Positions 40,002 to 52,003 of a stretch of DNA of 64,000 bases are shown here, one piece after another. Below the pieces are notes generated by a model, which was not told the origin of the DNA, did not search any database, and saw nothing but the letters and a program-made list of their open reading frames with translations. The first letter of the stretch is position 1. Each line of letters starts with the position of its first letter. The position numbers and the translations under genes are program-made. Location: positions 186,001-250,000 of the forward strand of contig JAANOX010000232.1 in NCBI GenBank assembly GCA_020184695.1, given 5' to 3'. Source of the DNA: Histomonas meleagridis 2922-C6/04-290x (Eukaryota; Protista; Parabasalia).

Positions 40002-41768
40002 ATGTGGACCATTTTCCCTATTTGTCTCATGTTTCTCATGTCCTCATGCCACTTTTGCAACAAATGTATTACTCCTCAAATTTCGTCCAATAATTATTCA
40101 TTTTTAAATGTTCAAAAAAACAAAACACATGTTTTTTTAATACATGATGAATACAACTGTCTTTATACAATAAGCCTTCATTGTCTAAATAATGATTTTA
40201 GTGAAATTTCTTCCATTTTTTTAAATTTATCAAATAATTTTTATTATATAAAGACAAAAGTTCTTCACTTTTTACCATTAATTTGGCATCCGAACCCTTC
40301 GTTTTTACGCTGGTTGTTTCCTTCAAAATCTTGTATTTTTTCAGATCATACATATATATTTCATCGCAATAAAAATTTAGAAAATGGACCTCTCATCGGA
40401 TGTTTAGTGGTCTTGTTCTTAACATTTATTCGAATATTTTCATTTTTCATAAAAAATGTTTCCAAATCCAAAACAAAAAATTTCCATGTTTTTATTTTTA
40501 TTTTGTTTTCCTTAAATACATCGAGATGCTATGAAAATGGAACACTTTTAATCTATAATGAAAATGATTTCACAAATGAGTGTTCATCTTCAACAATTTT
40601 TGTAATTGTTGGAGGTAACTTAAGTATTCCGAGTGGAGAATTTAGTGAATATCCACTTCTGGAAAATGTTTACATTGGCGATTCAATTACATCTATTGGA
40701 GGTTATGCTTTTTGCAATTGCCCCAAATTGGGAAATGTTATCATTGGAAACAATGTTAAGGAAATAGGATCTTCAACATTCTCATTTTGCCCAAAGTTAT
40801 TAAGCATCACAATTCCAGATTCAGTTACATCTATTGGAGGTTCTGCTTTTTGTAATTGTTCTGATTTGGAAACACTTATCATTGGAAAGAATATAAAGGA
40901 AATAGGAGACAGCGCATTTTCATTGTGCTCAAGTTTAAAATGTTTTTATTTTTATGGGACAAAAGAACCAATTATTGGGGATGGTGCTTTTTATAATTTT
41001 TCAACAACAGTTATGGTATCACTGGAATATGTGGATGAAAATTTTGGACATTTATATATAACATCAGAAACAATTGAAGGGTGTTCACCAATCGTTACAA
41101 ACACATTTTCGAATTCAAATACGCTTACCAAATCAAACACATTTACTAATTCACATACGCTTACCAAATCAAACACATTTACTAATTCACATACGCTTAC
41201 CAAATCAAACACATTTTCGAATTCGAACACGTTCACTAAGTCAAATACACATCATTCATCAAATGCTGTTACTGCTTCATTTCCAATTTTAACAACTTTT
41301 TCGAATTCATTTACTTTAACGCATTCAATTTTGCGCACACAAACAATTACTATTTATTATATAACGCTCACAGATTCAACTTCAGTCTCTTTTATTAATT
41401 CGGCGTTTACATATTTTCACACGTCATTTGTTTATTATGAATACGTAGTAATTTCATATTCCACAGTTTATGTTTTTTATTCGAATTTTTATACATATTT
41501 TTATTTAAGTGATTTGCAACCAAATAATTCTAACACAACAATTATTATAATCGTAGTGTGTGTGATAATTGTAGTAATTGTTATTATATTTTTGTTAATT
41601 ATATTGTTAATTAAATATAAGAAAACAATGAAAACAAAACAAGAATCAAGTAGTCAAAGTAACGCACCTGAAATTGATACAGTTGCGAACTGTTCAACAA
41701 TATCTGATGTTAAAGAGGATCCATTCGCAGATGACTTTAAAGAAGAAAAGTTTATAAATCAATTATAA
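40002..41768 (+). CDS. BspA-like LRR type I surface protein (short)
   Basis: IGDSITSIGGYAFCNCPKL and ITIPDSVTSIGGSAFCNC repeats; SNTFT/SHTLT stalk; TM IIIIVVCVIIVVIVIIFLLIILLI; tail EDPFADDFKEEKF. Confidence 0.93.
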   Translation: MWTIFPICLMFLMSSCHFCNKCITPQISSNNYSFLNVQKNKTHVFLIHDEYNCLYTISLHCLNNDFSEISSIFLNLSNNFYYIKTKVLHFLPLIWHPNPSFLRWLFPSKSCIFSDHTYIFHRNKNLENGPLIGCLVVLFLTFIRIFSFFIKNVSKSKTKNFHVFIFILFSLNTSRCYENGTLLIYNENDFTNECSSSTIFVIVGGNLSIPSGEFSEYPLLENVYIGDSITSIGGYAFCNCPKLGNVIIGNNVKEIGSSTFSFCPKLLSITIPDSVTSIGGSAFCNCSDLETLIIGKNIKEIGDSAFSLCSSLKCFYFYGTKEPIIGDGAFYNFSTTVMVSLEYVDENFGHLYITSETIEGCSPIVTNTFSNSNTLTKSNTFTNSHTLTKSNTFTNSHTLTKSNTFSNSNTFTKSNTHHSSNAVTASFPILTTFSNSFTLTHSILRTQTITIYYITLTDSTSVSFINSAFTYFHTSFVYYEYVVISYSTVYVFYSNFYTYFYLSDLQPNNSNTTIIIIVVCVIIVVIVIIFLLIILLIKYKKTMKTKQESSSQSNAPEIDTVANCSTISDVKEDPFADDFKEEKFINQL

Positions 41769-42117
41769 TAAAAATAGTAATTTAGTAAATATATAAAATC
41801 GTAAATTTCCTTTTTTGATTTTTCATTTTACGCAAAATTGAAATAGAAAATTTTCTGATATTAAAATGTGAATTTATATAAAAGAATAATTTAGTCCAAC
41901 TTAACGTAAAATTTAATACAAAGTTTAAAAAAATCTATTAAAAACATTCAACAGATCGTAAATTTCCTTTGAATGAGTGCTGTGTCTTTGATGTGCCTAT
42001 ATGTCAATATGGTTTGGGAATCGTTTTGGTACAGAATTTATTCCTTTGATAAATACCGATTCAATGCAAAAAAATTGGCAATGAAATTTCAATTGAACCA
42101 AATGACATTTTACCAGA

Positions 42118-45100
42118 ATGCAAGAATTGGTTGTAGATCGTACATACGATCTAAATGACCCACGTGCATTTATGCACCCTGACACCATGCGTGAGCGTGG
42201 CTTTGAAAATGGAAATATCTTGCGTTTGACTTCAAAATCAAATCACAATGCTCTTGTTTCAGTATATGGTCGAGATAATATAAGTGATCCCAGTAAAATT
42301 CAAATACCAAAGTATTTACGTCTCCAGCTTCATACATTTTTAGGTGATTCAATTCAGGTTTCTCAATACAATAATTGTGGTGAAGCCGAATCTGTAACAT
42401 TATCTTTAATTGAAGACACAGCATTTGGAGTTACTGGTGATTTTACAGATGTTTTAACGGATGCGATTTCTAAATTCCCAATAATTTATACTGGACTTGT
42501 TATTCCAGTTTATGCCTACCAACGTGTTTTAGAGTTCAAAGTCACAGAATTTTCACCAAGTGATGCAGGTGCTGTTTATGTTCGAAATTCCAGAATTTTA
42601 CATGTAACAGATTACTTTATAGATAGAGATGATTCTCCAAAAATGGACACTTTAACATTTGAAGATTTTGGAGGTTACAAAGATCAAATTACACAACTTC
42701 GAAAATCTATTGAACTTCCATTTTCTCAACCAAACTTCCAAACAAAGACAATTCTTATAAAAGCTTCGAATGGAATGGGTAAAACCATGTTATCTAAAAT
42801 CATACCCAATGAAACGCCGTCCAAATTTTTCTATATTCCTGGTCTTAATGTTATTTCACTTTCTCAAACAGAAATATCGTCCTACATTACCAACATCATT
42901 CGGCAAAGTCAGAATAGTTTACCATCCATTATTTATTTTGATGATATTGATTGTTTTGTTTCAGATTATTTACTACGGCCAATTATTGATTCAATTTTTA
43001 AACGTCTCACATCAACGAATCAAATGTTATTTATTGCCACAGCAAAATCTGAAGACAATCTTCCAACCTTTAATGAAGTTATATCCTTTGATAACCCTAC
43101 AGAAATGGATCGATTATTAATATTACAATCTATTACACGTAAAATGTATATTCCACATCCAAGTACAATCTATGAAATTTCCGATCAATGTCAAAACATG
43201 AAACCATCGCAAATGTCATCGTTATGTTTAGACACGTTTTTAAACAAAATAGATCAAGTAATTAATGAATTTAATATTCTTGATCCAGTTATAACAATTC
43301 GAACATTACAAAAACTTAAAGTTGGTAAAGATAAACCAAAGCCAGAAGAATTATTTAATAATAAATTTAATCGTAGTCCATTAGCACTTGAAAAGAATAT
43401 TCCATTTGATGATGATTATGATTTACAATTTGGACGAATGGATGAAAACAATAAAAAGAAACATCGAAAGAAGATTAACACTACAAATAATTCATTAGAT
43501 TTATTTAATGAATTTTCTAACTCACAAAATGAATTTGTTGATGATATATTTGGTGATAAACTTCATTCTAATGAAACTAGTAATGATCCATTTAGTGATT
43601 TACAAATTAATCAAGATCAAAATCATAATGACATTGATCCATTTGAACAATTTACACGTTCAAGTAACAAAGAAAATAATAACAACGAGAATAATGCTGA
43701 TGAAAATGATCCATTTAAAGAACTCAGCAAAACTAATGATGATAATGATATTGATCCATTTAAACAATTTGATCTTAAACAAACGAATGATGAAGATAAT
43801 TCACAAGATATTGATGATCCATTTTTGAATTTATCTCCAACAAATAATAATAAAAGTAAAGAAGAAACTTCAAATAATAACAATGAAGTTAATGATGATA
43901 TCTTTAATGCATTTACTAAAAAAGATGAAACACAAAATATTGATCCATTTGCTAATGTAAAATTCGAAAATGTTAATACAACAAATCAAAGTAATATTGA
44001 TCCATTTGATAACTTACAACTTATAAATAATTCACCACAACAAAATAATGTAAAATTCGATAACATTAATACTACAAATCAAAACAATGATCAATTTACT
44101 AATTTACAATTAGTAAATGATAAAGATAATGACCCGTTCCACTCAATCAATATGAAAAAAGATGCAAGTGATCATTCATTAAAATTCGATAAAGATTCAA
44201 ATCCATTCGCAACTGTTTCTCCAAATATTAGTAATAAGAAAAAGGAAAATCCATTCGATAAAATTTCAAATAGTAATAAGCAAACAGCAGCAAATCCATT
44301 CACTACATTCAGTAAACAAGTTCCAGAAAACCAAAGTAAATTAAAAGACGCAAATCCATTCGCTTCAATACAAATTAAAGGTTTGGATAAGAAACAATCA
44401 AATGATCCATTCGCAAATGCAACTAAACAAACTAAAGATGATCCATTTGCAACTACGCCTAAAAAGAATGCACAAGATCCATTCGCAACTACACCTAAGC
44501 AAACTAAAGATCCTTTCGCTAATGTATCAAAGAAGAATACAAGTGATCCATTCGCAAGTGCACCTAAACCAACAAAAGATGATCCGTTCGCTAATGTTTC
44601 AAAGAAAAGTACAAATGATCCATTCGCTAATGCTACTAAGCAAACTAAAGATGACCCGTTCGCAAGCGCATCGAAAAAGAGTACACAAGATCCGTTTTCA
44701 AGCGCACCTAAGCCTTCGAATGATGATCCTTTTGCAAGCGTTTCTAAAAAGAATAATGATCCATTCGAATCAGCAAGTAAAAAGTCAAACGACCCATTTG
44801 CAGCATTCAATCAAAAGAAGAGCACAAACGATGACCCGTTCGCAAGCGCATCCAAGCCTCCGAATGATGATCCATTTGCACCCACAGATGATCCATTCGC
44901 AAGTGCGTCTAAGCCAACGAAAGATGATCCATTCGCATCAGCAAGCAAAAAGTCAAATGATCCATTCGCAAGTGCATCTAAAAAGAGCGAACAAGATCCA
45001 TTCGCAACCACGCCTAAGCCTTCTAATGATGATCCATTCGCATCAGCAAGCAAAAAGTCAAATGATCCATTCGCAAGTGCGTCTAAAAAGAGCGAACAAG

Positions 45101-47361
45101 ATCCATTCGCAAGTGCGTCTAAGCCAACAAAAGATGATCCATTCGCAACTACGCCTAAGCCTTCTAATGATGATCCATTTGCATCAGCAAGCAAAAAGTC
45201 AAATGATCCATTTGCATCTCCTCCCAAAGATGATGGATATACATTTAAAGATCCATTCTCGTCACCGGATGCTCAAGATGATCCATTTGCACCTCAGCAA
45301 AAGAGCAAAGGTCTGTTTGATGATTCTGATGAATCAAGTGATGACTCTTCAGAACATAATGAATCAAAAGATGATCCATTCGCAAATGTACCTAAAAGCT
45401 CCAACAATGATCCGTTCGCTGCACCAAAAGATGATCCATTTGCTTCTCCAAAAGATGATCCATTTGCAGTTAAAGATGCAGGCAATGATCCGTTCGCTGC
45501 GCCAACAGATGTCAAAGACGATCCATTTGCGCCTAAAGATTCTAAAAACGACCCATTCGCTGCAGGTAATGATCCGTTCTCAAGTGCACCTAAGAGCTCC
45601 ACTAATGATCCGTTCGCTGCGCCAGCAGAAGTTAAAGACGATCCATTTGCACCTAAAGATGCAAACAATGATCCGTTCGCTGCACCTAAAGAAGATCCAT
45701 TTATGCCTAAGCAAAAGAGCAAAAGTATGTTCGATGACTCTGACGAGTCAAGTGACGACAACAAGGCAAAAGAAGATTCTTCTGCATTGCCAAAACAAAA
45801 GAGCAAAGGCCTCTTCGATGACTCTGATGAATCAAGTGATAATGAGCCAAACAAAGACTTATTCGCATCACCGAAGCAAGAAGATCCGTTCACAACGAAA
45901 GATCCATTCTCCGCTCAAGGAAAAGAAGATCCATTCGCATCGCCAAAAGATGCAAATAATGATCCATTTGCTGCTAATAACTCTAAAGAAGATCCATTTG
46001 CATCACCTAAGCAAGAAGATCCATTTGCAATGAAAGATCCCTTTGCTGCTAATAACACTAAAGAAGATCCATTCGCATCGCCTAAAGATGCAAATAATGA
46101 TCCATTCGCTGCTAACAACACTAAAGAAGATCCGTTTGCATCACCTAAACAAGAAGATCCGTTCGCAGCGAAAGATCCATTTGCAAATACTGATCCGTTT
46201 TCAGCGCCTAAAGATGCGAAAGAGGATCCATTTTTGCCGAAGCAGAAGAGCAAAAGTCTCTTCGATGATTCCGATGAGTCAAGTGACGGCGCAGCACAAA
46301 ATAAGTCCAAAGGCGGACTTTTCGGCGACGACCCATTTGCTGCGCCTAAGAAAAAGAGCAAAGGCTTGTTTGATGACTCTGATGAATCAAGCGATGAGCC
46401 AGCGCCGCATAACGAAGCAAACAATGATCCGTTCGCATTGCCTAAGCAAGAAGATCCATTTGCCGCAAAGCCACAAAATGATCCATTCGCCCAGTCCAAT
46501 GATCCGTTTGCAGCTCCTAAACAAGAAGATCCATTCGCAAAGCCACAAAATGATCCATTCGCTGCACCTAAACAAACTGATCCGTTCGCATCAAAGCAAG
46601 AAGATCCATTTGCAGCTCCTAAACAAGAAGATCCGTTCGCTGCGCCTAAGCAAGATGAGAGCTTGCAGATCTCTAAGGAGGCATCTTCAGATCGTTTCTC
46701 GTCTGCATCAGGTAAAAAGGCCAAGCGCGTTCGTAAGAAATCGCGGAAGAAGGATGATAAAGGAAAAGCGCCTCGTAAAGCAAGCGAAGAAACAGGCGCG
46801 CAGCACACAAAGCGCCATGCCAAGAAGGAAGAAAAGAGCGCAGACTCAAAGACAAAACATCGAAAGAAAGAAAAGTCAAAGAAATTGGAAACTAAATCAA
46901 AGCAAAGTGACAAAGCATCAAAATTACAGCCAGCAACTGAAGATCCATTTTCTTCTAAAACACAACCGGTAAACGAGGATCCATTCTCAGCTACAATACA
47001 AAACACAAATGAAGACCCATTCGCTTCTAAGCCACAAACTACAAACGATGATCCATTTGCAAACAAAGATCCGTTTTCAACCGCCCAAAACGAGGATCCG
47101 TTTAGTTTCAGGGACCCGTTTTCGGCACCCGAAGTCAAAAATAACGGTTATGGGTTCAGTGACCCGTTTGGGGCACCCAATGAGGGGGACCATTCTGCGT
47201 ATGGAAGTACATTTGATGTTGTAAATCCATTTGATGTTATTGAAGAAGAAGAAAAACAACCACAAGTGGAGCAGCAACAAAATGAACCGGAAACACAAGT
47301 TGTAAATGAAAAGGAAAAGAAAAAGAAAAAATCTCGAATTTCGAAATCAAAAAAGAAATGA
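42118..47361 (+). CDS. CDC48/p97-like N domain + degenerate AAA module fused to a giant DPF-repeat tail
   Basis: p97-N-like RAFMHPDTMRERG...IQIPKYLRLQLHTFLGDSIQV; TFEDFGGYKDQITQLRKSIELPF; Walker A-like ASNGMGKT; Walker B-like IIYFDDID; then about 78 DPF and 5 NPF motifs counted by eye. Confidence 0.88.
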   Translation: MQELVVDRTYDLNDPRAFMHPDTMRERGFENGNILRLTSKSNHNALVSVYGRDNISDPSKIQIPKYLRLQLHTFLGDSIQVSQYNNCGEAESVTLSLIEDTAFGVTGDFTDVLTDAISKFPIIYTGLVIPVYAYQRVLEFKVTEFSPSDAGAVYVRNSRILHVTDYFIDRDDSPKMDTLTFEDFGGYKDQITQLRKSIELPFSQPNFQTKTILIKASNGMGKTMLSKIIPNETPSKFFYIPGLNVISLSQTEISSYITNIIRQSQNSLPSIIYFDDIDCFVSDYLLRPIIDSIFKRLTSTNQMLFIATAKSEDNLPTFNEVISFDNPTEMDRLLILQSITRKMYIPHPSTIYEISDQCQNMKPSQMSSLCLDTFLNKIDQVINEFNILDPVITIRTLQKLKVGKDKPKPEELFNNKFNRSPLALEKNIPFDDDYDLQFGRMDENNKKKHRKKINTTNNSLDLFNEFSNSQNEFVDDIFGDKLHSNETSNDPFSDLQINQDQNHNDIDPFEQFTRSSNKENNNNENNADENDPFKELSKTNDDNDIDPFKQFDLKQTNDEDNSQDIDDPFLNLSPTNNNKSKEETSNNNNEVNDDIFNAFTKKDETQNIDPFANVKFENVNTTNQSNIDPFDNLQLINNSPQQNNVKFDNINTTNQNNDQFTNLQLVNDKDNDPFHSINMKKDASDHSLKFDKDSNPFATVSPNISNKKKENPFDKISNSNKQTAANPFTTFSKQVPENQSKLKDANPFASIQIKGLDKKQSNDPFANATKQTKDDPFATTPKKNAQDPFATTPKQTKDPFANVSKKNTSDPFASAPKPTKDDPFANVSKKSTNDPFANATKQTKDDPFASASKKSTQDPFSSAPKPSNDDPFASVSKKNNDPFESASKKSNDPFAAFNQKKSTNDDPFASASKPPNDDPFAPTDDPFASASKPTKDDPFASASKKSNDPFASASKKSEQDPFATTPKPSNDDPFASASKKSNDPFASASKKSEQDPFASASKPTKDDPFATTPKPSNDDPFASASKKSNDPFASPPKDDGYTFKDPFSSPDAQDDPFAPQQKSKGLFDDSDESSDDSSEHNESKDDPFANVPKSSNNDPFAAPKDDPFASPKDDPFAVKDAGNDPFAAPTDVKDDPFAPKDSKNDPFAAGNDPFSSAPKSSTNDPFAAPAEVKDDPFAPKDANNDPFAAPKEDPFMPKQKSKSMFDDSDESSDDNKAKEDSSALPKQKSKGLFDDSDESSDNEPNKDLFASPKQEDPFTTKDPFSAQGKEDPFASPKDANNDPFAANNSKEDPFASPKQEDPFAMKDPFAANNTKEDPFASPKDANNDPFAANNTKEDPFASPKQEDPFAAKDPFANTDPFSAPKDAKEDPFLPKQKSKSLFDDSDESSDGAAQNKSKGGLFGDDPFAAPKKKSKGLFDDSDESSDEPAPHNEANNDPFALPKQEDPFAAKPQNDPFAQSNDPFAAPKQEDPFAKPQNDPFAAPKQTDPFASKQEDPFAAPKQEDPFAAPKQDESLQISKEASSDRFSSASGKKAKRVRKKSRKKDDKGKAPRKASEETGAQHTKRHAKKEEKSADSKTKHRKKEKSKKLETKSKQSDKASKLQPATEDPFSSKTQPVNEDPFSATIQNTNEDPFASKPQTTNDDPFANKDPFSTAQNEDPFSFRDPFSAPEVKNNGYGFSDPFGAPNEGDHSAYGSTFDVVNPFDVIEEEEKQPQVEQQQNEPETQVVNEKEKKKKKSRISKSKKK
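44395..47170 (+). repeat. Intragenic minisatellite-like DPF repeats (GATCC(A/G)TT(C/T)GC core)
   Basis: Dense 21-36-nt-period repeats encoding xDPFA.... The overlapping ANGSS and MIHS/MIRS ORFs in the track are shadows of these repeats. Confidence 0.95.
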
Positions 47362-47535
47362 ATAATTTCTAAACATTTGGTATATTAAAAATTATTTTGT
47401 GAAAGTTATAAAAGTTTTAGAAATAATATTTTGTATACTTTGATTGATTAAAAATATTAAAATTTAATAATAATATTTTTATTTATGTAGTTTATATACT
47501 TATTCAAATATTTATTGCATGTGCAAAAATAAATT

Positions 47536-48649
47536 TTAAATCTTAACGAAGGATTCGTTTTCTTTGAAGTCTTCTGCAAATGGATCTTCTTTAAGATGTG
47601 ATATATTCATAGTAAAGTTATTTGAAATGTTATCACAATTATTATGAGTATATTCTTTTTCATTCATACTGTCATCTCTTCGTTTTTTATTTCGAATACG
47701 AAGAAGTATTATAATAACTATTGTAAGAATCACAATAATTATAAAGCCAACACAAATTCCAATAATAATATTAGAAATTTTAGTTTGTCCTTTATTTGTT
47801 TCATTATTATCTTGAATATTTATATAAAATCCTGAATGATATGAAATATATAATGAATATGTAATTATAGTATTTTCATAATAAAGAAAGTTCGTTTCAA
47901 AATATGAATATGTTGAACCAAAATATGAAAGAATGATTGTATTTGTGAAAACAGTATTCGGGATATTTGTTTTGGTGATTAAATGTGTGAAAAATATTGA
48001 ATATGAATATGTATATGTTTCATCAAATTTTTTAGAAGATGTAAATGTATTTGAATGTGTGAATGTGTTTGAATTTGTAAATATATTTGAATCTGAAAAA
48101 GTATTCGAATGTGTAGATGTGTGTGTTTGCCATGGATATTGTTCACATTCATCAATGGCTGTTCCAATTGATATATTAAGTACAAACCAAATGTTGTACT
48201 TTGATATAAATCTGACGTCATAACATGATTTGTTGGAACATTCTCAAATGAATTCGAATTTATTGATGGTGATATATAACCTAAATAATATATACATGTT
48301 AGATTTGTGCAATCTCTGAATGCATAAGTTCCAATTGATGTTATATTTGGCCCAATAATAATCATTTTTAATGATGAACATAAGCGAAAAGCATTACCAC
48401 TAATTGATGTAACTGAATCCGTAATAGTGATATTTATTAAAGATGAACATTGATAAAATGTATAACTTTCAATTGATGGACTAAACCTGAAATTGTTACA
48501 TTTCTTAATGATGAACAATATCTAAATGCATAACTTCTAATTGTTGTTACATTATTCCCAAAATTAATTGCTTTTAATTGAGAACATGATTGGAATGCAT
48601 AAGTTCCAATTGATTTTCTACATACCATATATGATATTAAAAAATTCAT
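47536..48649 (-). pseudogene. BspA-like LRR surface protein gene, 5'-truncated, with two frameshifts
   Basis: LRRs in 48437-48649 and 47979-48518 are in different frames. A shift near 48181 is needed to reach the stop-free stalk (SNTFT), TM and tail EDPFAEDFKENESF. Confidence 0.85.
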
Positions 48650-49452
48650 ATTTATAGAATCGTGACATAACGTTTTGCAAAATTATTTATATCTTGTGGT
48701 TTAGGTTGAACTGATTTCAATATCGAAGAGTTATATTATCAATAATTTGTTAGAAATGGGTACACCATTATTACTTAATGCATAACTTATTTTATTTGAT
48801 TTGTTGGGCTGTATCGGAATATAATATTTAAAATTGTTATTTCAACGACGATATGTGTAATATACATAATATTGTGAGTTGTTCAGGATTTATTTATGGT
48901 TATAACTCAATCAAGATAGTTAAACAAATTTATTTCCAGAATTTCAAATATCTAATATAAGTAAATGTGATAATAATATCATAAATAATTATTAGAAGAA
49001 AAGATATTTTCATTTTGTCAAAAATGCAATAAGATAAACATATTTATCGCCCGTTCTCTTAAGGCTTAAGAGTGGCTCAGGAAAATAAAAAGCATTTTTA
49101 TTAATCTTTTATTTTCGCCTTCCTAGATTTTAACATGTGGTGTGTCAAAAAATAATTCAATATTTTCGTAATTAGTTCGGAATGTATAATCTTTTGTATA
49201 AAATGACAGATTGATAATTTATTATAAATCTATCAAAAAACCATCTAAAGACAATTTTGTTTCGTAAGCTGCATTATAAGCTTTAATTTTATCTCAATAT
49301 TTTATGAATCCCGTGTATGAACATATCGTTATAAAATAAGAAAAATAATTTCAATATTTCAAAAATATATTTAGCTTTTATATTATTAATGTTTTATTGT
49401 TAACAATAAAAAATTATTTATTATATTTTCTCAAGTTTATGATATTGTATAT

Positions 49453-51029
49453 TTAACTGTGCTCACAAAGTGATTTTCTTGATTTTTCTCGAATTAAATC
49501 CACTATTTCTGTATGACCATTATAAGATGATAACATAAGTGCTGTCCAAAATAATTTAAATAAATTCCAAATATTATTTTGAAATATTAAATGTTTAAAA
49601 TAAATATTAAACAAAACAAATAAATACTTTTAGCATTAATATCAATTCCTTCTTGTTCAAGAAGTAATTTAACTATTTCTGTATAACCATTTTTTGAAGC
49701 ATTTGTTAGTGCTAAAAATATTAAAAAAAAAATTTAAAAATTTTTATAAAACAATGAAATATTTTAATAAAAATCTAATGAAATAAGCAAACAATCTTGC
49801 TAAAATCAATGTATCTATTGTTAATTAAATAGTTATAAAGTTCCATATTTCCAGAAAAACCCGAAAATTTTCAAAAAATCAATAGGAATATGATTACTTT
49901 CGAGAAAATATTGAGTAATATATAAATTCCCTGTTATGATTGAAGCAATGAGAATATTTTCATTTATTTTCATTCCTTCTTTAAGTAAAAATGATAAAAG
50001 TTCTTAATTATGATATAAAATGCAAAGTTTTCCTAATTCTTTTAAATTATTAATTTCTTTTAATGTATTATCATAAAAATAATGAAAGATATCATTTCGA
50101 TGAAATTTAATTGCTGCTTCATATACACCTTCAAATGTTAAATGATTTTGTTCACATAAATGAATGATTTCTTCATTTCCACCAGCAATTGCATATTTAC
50201 CTGCGTTTTCTAATTTTGCACCATTCATAAGTAAATATTTAAAACATTTAATAGAAGAAAAAAATGCTGCATAATCAATTAACGTAACATTTTCTTCATT
50301 AATAAATGAACATCTTTCATAAAGTGATGACTCAATCTTTTGATTAAAATCAAAATTTGTTTGTGATGATATTTCTTGAAGTTTTTCGATTTCATCATTT
50401 CGAATTATTTTTGCAATTTTATTCGGATTATGTCCTTCTTTAATTAACTTCTTATGAAGTTCCCAATCATTCTTTGAAAGTTCTTCATAATGTTCATTAA
50501 TTTTATCGAAGAACCTATATTTTTCTTGACTTAAAATATCTTTTTTTATTTCATCTTTAAATTTTTGATTATAATTAATCATTTGTTGGATTTCTTCATT
50601 GGTCATATAATGTACAAAATATGAAATCTTATTATGTTTCAACAGAACATTTTTTTGTAGAAAATTATGTTCAATCATTGAGAAGAAAATATGTCTCTTG
50701 TGTATGTCCATCAAGAAGCAAAAACTTAGTAAACACTTCAAATATTTTGTTTTTAACTTGTTTTGTTTCTTCAAATTGTTCAATTTCTTCTAGAAATTTA
50801 ATATATATATCAAAATCTTTTTGTCTTGCTATAAATACAGAAAATATTATTTGACTAATCATTTAATTAAAAGATAATGGATGCTCATCATCAAATTTTA
50901 TGATTATTAAACTTGATAATTTTTTAATATTTTCTCGATTCAATTCAAATATTATTTTGTTAATTAGTAGTAGTGTTTCCAATTTATCAGTAAATTCATC
51001 ATTTTCATTTGTTGAAATCTCTTTTTCCA
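49453..51029 (-). pseudogene. DUF3447-type ankyrin gene with frameshifts/stops and two spacer-interrupted C-terminal ankyrin repeats
   Basis: ATG at about 51029; intact core IIRNDEIEKLQEISSQTNFDFNQKIESSLYERCSFIN...GKYAIAGGNEEIIHLCEQ; stop at 50004; spacers 49716-49792 (77 nt) and 49546-49625 (80 nt) flank a 90-nt cassette; final TAA at 49453-49455. Confidence 0.8.
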
Positions 51030-52003
51030 TCAAAAAAAAATGATTAAAAATTTGAATAAAAATGCACTTTTTGAAAATAGCTATTTTCAGCTATTTTTAG
51101 TTACGTAACTTTTTGAATGAAATAAATCGTTGGTATGTTTTTGGGCGGTTAGAGACTTCGCTTTCCTGAACGGTTTATATCGTATTTTCGACCAAAATCA
51201 TTTTATTTGTGCAAAAATGAATCAAGAAATTTATTCCCACAAATGGTAATTACAAAATGGAGTTAATTCCATGTATGTATAAATCAATCCATAGAATATA
51301 AGGAAAAGCAAATAATTTATTATTATGGTCAATCATATCGACAAAATTAAAAATATATAAAATAAAGAAGAAGTAAAAGCAATATATAAAGTTTCAATAG
51401 AATTAACCATGATCAAATCAATTTCATGAAATTAAAAATAGCTAAAGATCTTTAGCTAAGAAAAAAACATTAATCAAATCAACAAATTTTCTATCATTAG
51501 AAATGGAATGTATGCAAGAAATGGAACACTACGGAAATTTGGAAAATATCTTCTTCTTTTATTGAGATATGTAAGTTAAATATAAAAAATGTCAATAACG
51601 TACTATACACCGATCGAAATGAAAACGCCAGTTCACGAGAAACCAGAACAGGCTACAAATAATTTTGCCCCACAGATCTCTTAGCAAATTAAACATATGT
51701 ATAATGCTCACCACTAAGGCTATAAATTTATGGCCATATCACAATTACATAATATAGCCACCAGGGTACCCCAAAAATTTTTTGACAAGCTGTATTTTAA
51801 ACGCAATTATTTATCAAAATCAATATAAATAAAGGATCTTTTCTTAAAAAGGATCATCCCTAATGAGTTAACTTTATGTAAATTAATGTGTATATTAAAA
51901 TGACGTTCGTAAAAGTTATAAATAACAAGATACTCTATGTTTTGCCCATCTGAACATTTTGGTGGCACTTTTATGAATTTTCAATTGTGTCTGGAGGTTT
52001 CTA

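Noticed and set aside
44172-47298. Long overlapping ORFs (543 aa and 309 aa on +, 407 aa and others on -) inside the DPF gene
   Set aside because: Shadow frames of a low-complexity repeat (ANGSS is the antisense of DPFA); no independent evidence.
48623-48628. GTATGT donor-like hexamer at the 5' end of the BspA pseudogene (- strand)
   Set aside because: No matching branch-point/acceptor motif downstream, and splicing would not repair the two frameshifts.
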